This document shows, piece after piece, positions 7,581 to 15,236 of a DNA stretch of 15,236 bases; positions within the stretch are counted from its first letter, which is position 1; the number at the start of each line of letters is the position of its first letter. The translations under genes and the position numbers were made by a program. The stretch lies in the NCBI GenBank assembly GCA_029856105.1, contig JAHQWH010000215.1, positions 1-15,236 on the forward strand. The letters are read 5' to 3'. The stretch is from Promethearchaeia archaeon (GTDB taxonomy: Archaea > Asgardarchaeota > Lokiarchaeia > Sigyniarchaeales > SOKP01). The notes beneath the pieces are model-generated. The model was not told where the DNA came from and searched no databases. It was given only the letters and a program-made list of their open reading frames with translations.

Positions 7581-7990
7581 ATTTTTTCACTTCTTATTGT
7601 TAATAATGTATTTTTTGCAACATATTTTAATGATTATTCAATAATAATAGCGAATATCGTAAATTATAATATTGATGTTTTTGAATTATAAGTTTTTTGA
7701 CAAATTTGTTACTTATAATCTTATCATTATATTGCTAATATACTAATAAGTTACACCACTATTTAAAAGTGTTTTTGTTTAGAATTGTTATATGCGACAG
7801 AACATGAAAAAGTGTGAAATTTGCGGGTATATAATGGGAAGAGCACCAACTTATTTTTTATAAATTGACCTTTATAGAATGTTTTTCTTTACTTTTATTT
7901 GGGAATTTTTTTAAGATATTATCGTGAATCTGATTGTTATAGAATTATATCGTCGAACTGTATAGTAAATTATTGAATTGTCGTTCAAAT

Positions 7991-9046
7991 TTAATCTTCA
8001 ATATTTTTAAATTTAAGTAAGTTACTTGCGCTCTCATGGAAAGTTTTCTCAATATTGTAGCCAGTTAACGCAGAAATTTCGATGTAATCAAGGTCTAACG
8101 CGAGAGCGAGTCTAACCGCATCCTTCTCGCTTACAATTCTTTCTTTCACCAAATCGTTCTTATTACCAATAAGATAACCTTTAATCTTTTGATCATTTTT
8201 AAAATAATTTTTTATATCCTGATGCCATTTTGGAACATTTGCAAAAGACATTGGGTTGGTAAAATCAAACAGTAAAAGAATCATGCTCATTCCTTCATAA
8301 AACTTCTTCCTTATGATCTCAAACTTAGTTTGTCCTCCAATATCCCATAATACTAATTCAACAGAGTTTTTATCAATATCAAAGATTTTCTGAGTAATAT
8401 TTAAACCCATTGTGGGGATGTATGCCCTAAGGAATACGTTATCAGTGAATCTAAGAATTGTAGATGTCTTTCCAACGCTGGGGTCTCCTAGTACTACTAC
8501 TTTAAATTTCCTTTTTTCTAACTGCTTTTTTTCTAACTTTTTAACCTCAAGTGTTTTTTCGGAAGGTTCTTCCGGCTTAGAAACATACTCGCTTTTAGAA
8601 CATAAATAATCGGTTAAATCGCATAGCGTACGCTGTAACTTAACGATCTCCTCGTAGATTAAATCTTCTTTCGATCCATTATTCTCAAAGTCGGTAATTA
8701 CGCTAACAGCTTTGCTAACGTACGAATCAATATAACTCATATATCTGTAATAAATATGATCGTCTTTTTCATCGAATAAAAAGGTTATAGCCGACTTTGA
8801 AAAACCCCCTATTTTAGTACTATCTTCTCTTTTAAAATATTTAATCAATACTTTTAACTTTAAAGGTGAAATAGGAAAAATTAAGAGAACTTCAGGGATG
8901 AAAGTTGAATCTCCTGATATAATTGAAAAACATTCGTCACCGATAAATCTTCGGATTCCTTCAGGAAGATCGTGTGGATACCAAAAGTTAATCTTTGGCT
9001 TATCTTGGTTCAAATCAAGATAAATAATTGCGTGCGCTAATTCCAT
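7991..9046 (-). CDS. Rab-like Ras-superfamily small GTPase with a ~150-aa N-terminal (probably longin/uDENN-like) domain
   Basis: G1 GDPSVGKT, G2 YIPTMG, G3 LWDIGGQ, G4 GNKND, G5 EISAL. No C-terminal Cys prenylation motif. The fold of the N-terminal domain is inferred. Confidence 0.92.
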   Translation of the reverse strand: MELAHAIIYLDLNQDKPKINFWYPHDLPEGIRRFIGDECFSIISGDSTFIPEVLLIFPISPLKLKVLIKYFKREDSTKIGGFSKSAITFLFDEKDDHIYYRYMSYIDSYVSKAVSVITDFENNGSKEDLIYEEIVKLQRTLCDLTDYLCSKSEYVSKPEEPSEKTLEVKKLEKKQLEKRKFKVVVLGDPSVGKTSTILRFTDNVFLRAYIPTMGLNITQKIFDIDKNSVELVLWDIGGQTKFEIIRKKFYEGMSMILLLFDFTNPMSFANVPKWHQDIKNYFKNDQKIKGYLIGNKNDLVKERIVSEKDAVRLALALDLDYIEISALTGYNIEKTFHESASNLLKFKNIED

Positions 9047-9072
9047 ATTAATCCTTTTTTAAGTCGACATTT

Positions 9073-9083
9073 CTTATATAAAG
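9073..9083 (-). promoter_or_regulatory. Putative TATA box of the GTPase gene
   Basis: Minus strand CTTTATATAAG about 27-37 nt upstream of the ATG at 9046. Confidence 0.5.
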
Positions 9084-9159
9084 TTACCTATTCATTGATT
9101 TAAATCATGTGTTTGTGAATTCACCACATCTGATAATGATGATATATTGACTAAAATTA

Positions 9160-10440
9160 TTAGTTAAGTAGAATTGGAAGGACTTGTGGTCCATTAGGCA
9201 AAATTAATATCTTTGCTTTATAGCCATGCTTATTTAAAGATTTTTTTATTGCTTCTTCGACAGTTTTTGCATGTTTTAAGCCAATGTTTCCGATCTCATT
9301 TTCTTTCATTTTAGAAACGATAAATATCTCTGCCATCATCATTATTCGGGTTAAAACTTGAGTTTCCCATTGGTCAGGTACTACGATTTCTTTGTTTAGG
9401 AGTTTTTTGTAAATCTCTTCTGGGACCATATCAGAATAAAGTAATTCTTTAAATTCCTCTTGCCCACCACCAATCCCATCAGCACATTCATTAACTGATA
9501 TTATCGTTCCGTTTTTTTTAACTGCCATTTCGCCAATTGCCATGCTTTTTACAGCTTGATATAAGCTGAGATCTAGGGGATATCCGCCATTACCACACAC
9601 AACGATGTCAAACGGTTCTTGAATTTCCTTGAAAATATGCTTAAGTTGAAAATTAACAAGTTTTTTGTGGACTCTTTCTAAATCACCTACTGCTACTTGT
9701 GTGATTTCGTGTTTTTCATTGATAGATACATTTACAACGAAATCTACGCCTACTAGTTTAGCAATCTCAGTTGAGTTTTCAGCCATTGGATTATTCTTAT
9801 AAATTCCAAAACGAGCATTAGGGGAAGCTATATTTTCCGCCGAATGGTTTGCTAAAATAGTTTCAGCACCCGCTATTCCTGGAATAATAGACTTTCTTCC
9901 TCCTGAAAAACCGAAGAAAAAGTGAGGTTCGACGTAACCCGTTAAAATTTTCAAATCGCTTTTGTAATAGTGTTTATTGATATAAATGGGAATATTGTTG
10001 ATAGTATTTCCTAAATATGTGAGAGAATTTTTATCTCTTGCGATGTGATCAACGATTTTCACCCTGCTTGTTAGATATTCCCCTAATATTCTTTCTAATT
10101 CGTCTTTACGAGATGTACGATGTAATCCTGTCGCAATTAAAACTGTAATCTTTTCTTCTTGAAGCCCATAATCGCTCAATTCTTTTAAGAGTCCCTTTAA
10201 AAGGAGATGAGATGGAACGGGACGTGTAGCGTCTGAAACTACAATGCAAACAGATTTTATTTCTTTCTTACTCTTTACAATTTTTTGTAAAGAAGGAGTT
10301 CCTATTGGATTTTTGATGGCATTTCTAATCACGGTAATTGGGTCCTCAATAACATCTTGTTTCGACGGGCGAAATATTGTCGTGTTCCAACTAGGATCGA
10401 GTGAGACTTCAATTCCACTTTTACCGTAATCAAATTTCAT
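9160..10440 (-). CDS. larA: Nickel-pincer-dependent lactate racemase (LarA family)
   Basis: VSDATRPVP, IATGLHR, VEPHFFFGFSGGRKSIIPG, NHS, GYPLDLSLYQAVK and PDQW match LarA catalytic and cofactor-binding motifs; length 426 aa is typical. Confidence 0.92.
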   Translation of the reverse strand: MKFDYGKSGIEVSLDPSWNTTIFRPSKQDVIEDPITVIRNAIKNPIGTPSLQKIVKSKKEIKSVCIVVSDATRPVPSHLLLKGLLKELSDYGLQEEKITVLIATGLHRTSRKDELERILGEYLTSRVKIVDHIARDKNSLTYLGNTINNIPIYINKHYYKSDLKILTGYVEPHFFFGFSGGRKSIIPGIAGAETILANHSAENIASPNARFGIYKNNPMAENSTEIAKLVGVDFVVNVSINEKHEITQVAVGDLERVHKKLVNFQLKHIFKEIQEPFDIVVCGNGGYPLDLSLYQAVKSMAIGEMAVKKNGTIISVNECADGIGGGQEEFKELLYSDMVPEEIYKKLLNKEIVVPDQWETQVLTRIMMMAEIFIVSKMKENEIGNIGLKHAKTVEEAIKKSLNKHGYKAKILILPNGPQVLPILLN

Positions 10441-10463
10441 TAATATCGCGTAAAACTAAATGA

Positions 10464-10473
10464 TTTATATAAA
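10464..10473 (-). promoter_or_regulatory. Putative TATA box of larA (probably a leaderless transcript)
   Basis: Minus strand TTTATATAAA 24-33 nt upstream of the ATG at 10440, with no RBS-like sequence in between. Confidence 0.55.
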
Positions 10474-10515
10474 GTAATAAAAAGTTTACAATCTTTTAAC
10501 TTTAATCAATAAATC

Positions 10516-11397
10516 CTATAATGTGTTAAAAACATCGCCCATATAACCCCAAGTTTTTAGAATTTGTTCCGCCTCGTTAATTATATTGTCAATAAATTCT
10601 TTTAACGGTAATATTTTATCCACATGCCCTATCGCCATTGACGCTATAGGTGAATCTTTTAGTTCAAGATGAAATATTTTTTTGTAATATTTCTCGTCAA
10701 ATATATCTTGATTTAATACCTGAGCTTTCCATCTTTTTGAAGCGGGACTCTCTTCTGTGGCTATAATTGAACTTCCTAAACATACAGCATCTGCCCCCAT
10801 CGCTAATGCGCCAAGAAATCCTCTAGCATCTCCAATCCCTCCCGCAGCAATAATTGGAATATTTAGCAACCTACGCGCCATTGTAATATTTACTAAGGTT
10901 GTGTTTTGGTTAGGGTTTTTAAATCCAGTTCCCTCAAGACCTACAAGTGTAATGGCGTCCGCCCCTCTATTTTGGGCCGCCATTGCGTGTTTCATAGTCG
11001 TACATTTATGAAACCAATAACAACCAGCGTCCTTAATTTTTTTTCCTAAATGTGGTGTTTGGTAAGCAGAAGTCGTGAATATCTTAATTCCCTTCTCAAT
11101 TGATATATCCAAAAAATCATTGTAAGATTGTTCAGTTTTCCCACGCCCTTTTTTTGCAAGATAAGGTGGTGTAATTGTAAAGTTTACTCCAAAAGGTTTT
11201 TTGGTAAGTTTAGACATTTTTTCAAGTTCCTTTTGAAAATCTTCGATTGTAGGGTAATTTATTGCAGTTATTATTCCTAAACCGCCTGCATTGGAAAATG
11301 CGGCTGCAAATTCAGCACAACCAATCGCTGCAAAGGCACCCATTATTATCGGGTACCTTACTTCCGCCATTTGGGTTATTTTAGTTTTCCAAATCAT
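10516..11397 (-). CDS. Nitronate monooxygenase / FabK-like FMN-dependent TIM-barrel oxidoreductase
   Basis: YPIIMGAF, AAAFSNAGGLGII, KPFGVN, IPIIAAGGIGDARGFLGALAMGADAVCLGS, ATEESPA. Confidence 0.88.
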   Translation of the reverse strand: MIWKTKITQMAEVRYPIIMGAFAAIGCAEFAAAFSNAGGLGIITAINYPTIEDFQKELEKMSKLTKKPFGVNFTITPPYLAKKGRGKTEQSYNDFLDISIEKGIKIFTTSAYQTPHLGKKIKDAGCYWFHKCTTMKHAMAAQNRGADAITLVGLEGTGFKNPNQNTTLVNITMARRLLNIPIIAAGGIGDARGFLGALAMGADAVCLGSSIIATEESPASKRWKAQVLNQDIFDEKYYKKIFHLELKDSPIASMAIGHVDKILPLKEFIDNIINEAEQILKTWGYMGDVFNTL

Positions 11398-11562
11398 AAC
11401 TTTTTTGTTTTTTAATATTATGATATTGATAAAAAATACAAATTTTTATTTTTTTTCCTTTTCTATGTTTAATACAGTAGTAAAAATTTCTAAAAATGAT
11501 TTTTTAAATAATAAAAAAACCATATTTAATATGAAAGTGGGATAAAAGATTAACTGAAACTT

Positions 11563-11985
11563 GTGGTACTCGTGCCTAAAATATTAAAAGATTTGTGGAT
11601 TCTTACTGAAAATGGAGTGGTTTTATTCTCAAGAGTTTTTGATCAAACAATTAATCCCCAACTTTTTGGTGGTTTGATGAGCGCTTTAAACACTTTTGCC
11701 GAAAAACTTACTGAAGGAGGGATATCTAACTTCGAAATGTCGGATCTTCGTTTTGTAATTGTAAAACGAAGAAGCTTTCTATTTATTGGGAGTTCTTTAA
11801 ACAAGACTAAAGAGAAAAAAGTGATTGATGAATTAAAGCTAATATCCGACATGTTTTTTGAAGTTTATAACGAAATATTAGTAAATTGGGATAACGATGT
11901 GAATTATTTTTCTGATTTTGGCGACCATATTGATAAATCTTTAGAAAAACAACCTGTCAAAAACCTGAAAGATGCTTTTTGGTAA
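11563..11985 (+). CDS. Small stand-alone longin-like domain protein (Asgard-type)
   Basis: Pattern LWILTENGVVLFSR / LFGGLMSALNTFAEKL / ISNFEMSDLRFVIV / FLFIG / two C-terminal helices fits the longin beta-beta-alpha-beta-beta-beta-alpha-alpha topology. Start is GTG at 11563 or 11572. Confidence 0.7.
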   Translation: MVLVPKILKDLWILTENGVVLFSRVFDQTINPQLFGGLMSALNTFAEKLTEGGISNFEMSDLRFVIVKRRSFLFIGSSLNKTKEKKVIDELKLISDMFFEVYNEILVNWDNDVNYFSDFGDHIDKSLEKQPVKNLKDAFW

Positions 11986-12079
11986 AAAAAAATCTTTTTA
12001 TTTTTATAACCATAAAAAATTTAAGAACGAAATGATATTAAAAACATGAGCAAAATAAAATAGGTTAGATATACATCAA

Positions 12080-12412
12080 ATGAGCGATAGTAATAATAAA
12101 CTCGATAAAGTGCCAGATAAACCTCATGTAATAAGAGATTATGAAGATATTCTTAATAATAATAAATTAAATCTCTTTCCTACAAGTAATCATAACGCTC
12201 ACCTTAAAAGCTTAACAACACCTCAATTTTTAGGCTCTTATCACCTTAAAGAAGCAATAAATTCTAAATATAACTCAATTAATACATTGTTAAAAGGGGA
12301 TATAGACGTAAAATACGCAAAAGCCTTAAGAGGTACAATTTTAAACCCCGTAACTATAGCTCTGATTATTATAGCATTGGTATTTAATGTTATGTGGTTT
12401 TTTTTTGTCTAA
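12080..12412 (+). CDS. Hypothetical tail-anchored membrane protein
   Basis: Hydrophilic ~88 aa followed by a single terminal hydrophobic helix (PVTIALIIIALVFNVMWFFFV-stop). Fills the gap between co-oriented genes. Confidence 0.7.
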   Translation: MSDSNNKLDKVPDKPHVIRDYEDILNNNKLNLFPTSNHNAHLKSLTTPQFLGSYHLKEAINSKYNSINTLLKGDIDVKYAKALRGTILNPVTIALIIIALVFNVMWFFFV

Positions 12413-12567
12413 TTATGAAAGCGAATAAATATGGGCTTAATAAATTTTCTCCTATTAATGATACTTATCATAGAAAATATTAATGTTCCAAATAAATTTT
12501 AAAGAAATAACTTGTTTTATTACTTAAGCTTTTTAATTCACTCTTTAAAATTCGAAAGGTAAATCCC

Positions 12568-14040
12568 TTGACAGTATATGACATTATAATTATTGGAGGC
12601 GGTGTTATTGGTTGTTGCATCGCACGAACTTTATCAAAGTACGATCTTAAGGTTGCTTTATTAGAGAAGGAGGCAGATATAGCTTCAGGCACTACTAAGG
12701 CTAACTCTGGAGTCGTACACGCGGGTTATGCGTCACCAAGAGAATATGTTAAGCGGGATATGTGTATAAAAGGGAATAAATTATATACTCAAGCTGCAGA
12801 AGAGTTAAATTTTCCTTTTCAAAGAATTGGTTCTTTTGTTGTCGCTTTGGAAGATAGTCAGATAAAAAAACTTGAGGAAGAAAGAAAACTAGCTACTCAA
12901 GACGGAGTTCCAGGCTTAGAATTAATTTTAGATAAAGAAAAAATTAAGTACATGGAACCTAATCTTACAGATGAAGCAGTTGGCGTATTACACGCCCCAT
13001 CGGCAGGAATCGTAAGCCCATATGAGATGACTTACGCGTTAGCTGAAAATGCAGCTATGAACGGCGTTAAATTCTTCCGGAACCAAAAAGTAAGACGAAT
13101 TAAGCATCAAAATTACGTATTTGTGATTAAAACTAAAACAGATGAATTCAAATCTAACAACGTAATTAATGCTGCTGGATTATATGGGTTAAAGATTTCA
13201 AAAATGGTAGGTCTAGATTACTTCAAACTAATGCCTAGAAAAGGAGAATATATCCTTTTTGATAGGAACGCAATGCACCTAAATAAAATTTTATTTCCTA
13301 CGCCCACTAAAGTATCTAAGGGAATTTTAGTATGCCCAACTGTTAGTGGAAATACTTTTGTTGGTCCTAATGCTCTTAATATTACTGATAAAAAAGATAT
13401 TGCGACTACTGAAGCTGGTTTAAAGGAAATTTTAGAAGGGGGTAATAAATTAGTTCCTAATATGCCGGTAAGGGCTTCTATTAGAAATTTTGCGGGTTTA
13501 AGGGCAATACCAGGTACCTATGATTTCATTATTGATAGCACTGATGTATATGGTTTTATTAATGTAGTTGGCATCTTATCTCCTGGTTTAACGTCATGTT
13601 ATGCTATTGCTGAAAGAGTTGTAGAATTTCTGGAATTATTAGGAGCAAACACTAAAATTAAGGAAGATTATAATCCTATGCGCCCAAAACCAGAAAGGTT
13701 TAAAGATTTCACTAAGGAAGAATTAGACAGAAAAATAAAAGAAGATCCTGCGTGGGGAAGAATTATTTGTCGGTGTGAAAATATTCCAGAAAAAGAAATT
13801 CTTAATGCCATACACGCACCTGTAGGTGCGACCACCGTGGACGGAGTTAAGTTCAGATGTAGACCTGGTATGGGACGTTGCCAAGGTGGATTCTGTCGCC
13901 CTCGTGTTATTGAGATTCTGTCTAGAGAATTAAATATTCCCTATGAGGATGTATTGAAAAGGGGAGAAGACACAAACTTTCTTGTGGCTAAAACGAAAGA
14001 AATTGCGCTACTTCGTTTAAAAAGGGGTGAAAATGAATGA
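12568..14040 (+). CDS. glpA: FAD-dependent oxidoreductase with a C-terminal BFD-like [2Fe-2S] domain; probable glycerol-3-phosphate dehydrogenase (GlpA/LhgO family)
   Basis: IIGGGVIG, GTTKANSGVVHAG, PRKGEY, FAGLR, GILSPGLTS, ICRCE...GMGRCQGGFC. TTG start. The substrate is inferred from family and gene pairing. Confidence 0.8.
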   Translation: MTVYDIIIIGGGVIGCCIARTLSKYDLKVALLEKEADIASGTTKANSGVVHAGYASPREYVKRDMCIKGNKLYTQAAEELNFPFQRIGSFVVALEDSQIKKLEEERKLATQDGVPGLELILDKEKIKYMEPNLTDEAVGVLHAPSAGIVSPYEMTYALAENAAMNGVKFFRNQKVRRIKHQNYVFVIKTKTDEFKSNNVINAAGLYGLKISKMVGLDYFKLMPRKGEYILFDRNAMHLNKILFPTPTKVSKGILVCPTVSGNTFVGPNALNITDKKDIATTEAGLKEILEGGNKLVPNMPVRASIRNFAGLRAIPGTYDFIIDSTDVYGFINVVGILSPGLTSCYAIAERVVEFLELLGANTKIKEDYNPMRPKPERFKDFTKEELDRKIKEDPAWGRIICRCENIPEKEILNAIHAPVGATTVDGVKFRCRPGMGRCQGGFCRPRVIEILSRELNIPYEDVLKRGEDTNFLVAKTKEIALLRLKRGENE

Positions 14041-15236
14041 AGAAATATAAAGCGGACGTTGTAGTTATAGGCGCTGGAGCGGGTGGGCTTGCAGCAGCTA
14101 TAGAAGTAAAAGAAGCGAAGCTAAGCGTTTTACTTATCGAGAGAGACAAAGAATTAGGAGGGATAACCTTACAATGCATCCATAATGGATTTGGTTTGAA
14201 AGAATTTGAAGAAGAATTAACAGGTCCGGAGTACGCTCAAAGATTCATAAATAAAGTAATTGAAAAAAAAATCCCCTACATATTGGATACAATGGTATTT
14301 GAAATTACTAAAGATAAAAAGTTATATGCAGTGAACAAAAAGGAAGGTTTAATTGAAGTTGAAGCGAAAGCAATTATCTTAGCGATGGGTTGTAGGGAAA
14401 AAACGAGAGGAGCGATTAATATTCCAGGATTTCGACCTGCGGGTATTTATACTGCTGGGCAAGCTCAAAGATTTGTTAATATCGAAGGGTATCTACCCGG
14501 AAATACTTACGTGATTTTGGGAAGTGGAGATATTGGAATGATAATGGCTCGGAGATTGACTTGGGAAGGTTGTACAGTTAAGGCTGTGGTGGAAATTCAG
14601 CCTTATGTAAGTGGATTGCTTCGAAATCAAGTTCAATGCTTAGAAGATTACGGGATCCCCCTGATAACGAGCTATACAGTAACTAGAATCCACGGAAGAG
14701 ATCGCATAAAAGGAGTTACCATTTCAAAAGTAAGCCGAAACTTTGATAGAATAATAGGTTCAGATAAATTCATTGAATGCGACACTTTGTTATTATCTGT
14801 TGGGTTAATTCCTGAAAATGAGTTAACGCTGCAAGTGGGTGCTGAATTATCAAAAAACGGAGGACCTGTAGTTGATGAGAATTTAGAAACTACCATCGAT
14901 GGTATATTCGCTTGTGGAAATGTATTACAAGTTCACGATTTAGTGGATTTGGTAACTGCTGAGGCTAAACGAGCTGGAAAAAACGCAATAGAATATATAA
15001 ACTCGAGGTATAGCAAAGAATTAAAGAAGAAGGAAACAATTAAATGTATCCCTGGCGAAAATGTAAATTACGTTAAACCAGATATTATCAACAAGCGAAA
15101 TTTATCAGAAGAAATAATTTTTACAATCAGAGTTAAATATCCCGATAGAAGGGTTCTTATTCAATTTAAAGACGAAAATAATAGCATAATATATAAAAGA
15201 AAGAAAATTTACGTCATCCCAAGTGAAATGCTTGAA
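14037..15236 (+). CDS. NAD(P)/FAD-dependent pyridine nucleotide-disulphide oxidoreductase, partner subunit of the GlpA-like enzyme; runs off the window edge
   Basis: Not in the ORF track. The ATG at 14037 overlaps the upstream TGA (ATGA), with AGGGGTGA RBS-like sequence at 14023-14030. Translation: MKKYKADVVVIGAGAGGLAAA...IERDKELGGITLQCIHNGFGL...LTGPEYA...LAMGCREKTRG...VILGSGDIGMIMARRLTWEG...GIFACGNVLQVHDLVD; open to the end of the window. Confidence 0.92.
   Translation, partial: MKKYKADVVVIGAGAGGLAAAIEVKEAKLSVLLIERDKELGGITLQCIHNGFGLKEFEEELTGPEYAQRFINKVIEKKIPYILDTMVFEITKDKKLYAVNKKEGLIEVEAKAIILAMGCREKTRGAINIPGFRPAGIYTAGQAQRFVNIEGYLPGNTYVILGSGDIGMIMARRLTWEGCTVKAVVEIQPYVSGLLRNQVQCLEDYGIPLITSYTVTRIHGRDRIKGVTISKVSRNFDRIIGSDKFIECDTLLLSVGLIPENELTLQVGAELSKNGGPVVDENLETTIDGIFACGNVLQVHDLVDLVTAEAKRAGKNAIEYINSRYSKELKKKETIKCIPGENVNYVKPDIINKRNLSEEIIFTIRVKYPDRRVLIQFKDENNSIIYKRKKIYVIPSEMLE

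Noticed and set aside
7973-7988. TTGAA-N6-TTCAA dyad just after the GTPase stop codon
   Set aside because: Only 5-bp AT-rich arms; expected by chance.
11521-11533. CATATT-T-AATATG palindrome in the divergent promoter region
   Set aside because: Almost all A/T and overlapping a probable TATA element; no independent evidence for an operator.
6171-11545. Plus-strand ORFs 6171-6356, 6814-7143, 8412-8609, 10244-10429, 10757-11011 and 11291-11545
   Set aside because: All lie wholly or partly antisense to well-supported genes and have no recognisable motifs.
11643-14896. Minus-strand ORFs 11643-11852, 12480-12692, 13988-14179 and 14672-14896
   Set aside because: Antisense shadows of the longin-like, glpA and oxidoreductase genes.
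1-15236. rRNA, tRNA, CRISPR array, transposase/integrase or defence system
   Set aside because: No GC-rich structured RNA segment, regularly spaced repeats or recombinase/nuclease motifs seen by eye; a covariance-model search was not run.

Overview
AT-rich archaeal chromosomal window, most likely from an Asgard archaeon (Lokiarchaeia/Promethearchaeota). This is inferred from a TFB gene, a Rab-like small GTPase with an extra N-terminal domain, a stand-alone longin-like protein and an 'FWGHCSNLQ' LRR-associated protein. Thirteen protein genes are supported. Nine are on the minus strand: a partial hypothetical protein, two tandem PlsY/CTP-dependent lipid kinase fusions, a polytopic membrane HSL-family hydrolase, an LRR protein, TFB, a small GTPase, LarA and an NMO/FabK-like flavoprotein. 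Four are on the plus strand: a longin-like protein, a tail-anchored protein, a GlpA-like dehydrogenase and a partial NAD(P)/FAD oxidoreductase that is missing from the ORF track. The best candidate for a new system is the co-oriented block at 860-5352: a membrane lipase followed by two fusions of a bacterial-type acyltransferase (PlsY) fold to a dolichol/phytol/Dgk1-type kinase, both with remodelled PlsY active sites. It may be a lipid salvage or remodelling module in an archaeon, with a G3P dehydrogenase operon about 7 kb away. I saw no rRNA, tRNA, CRISPR array or transposase. All calls come from reading motifs by eye; no searches were run.
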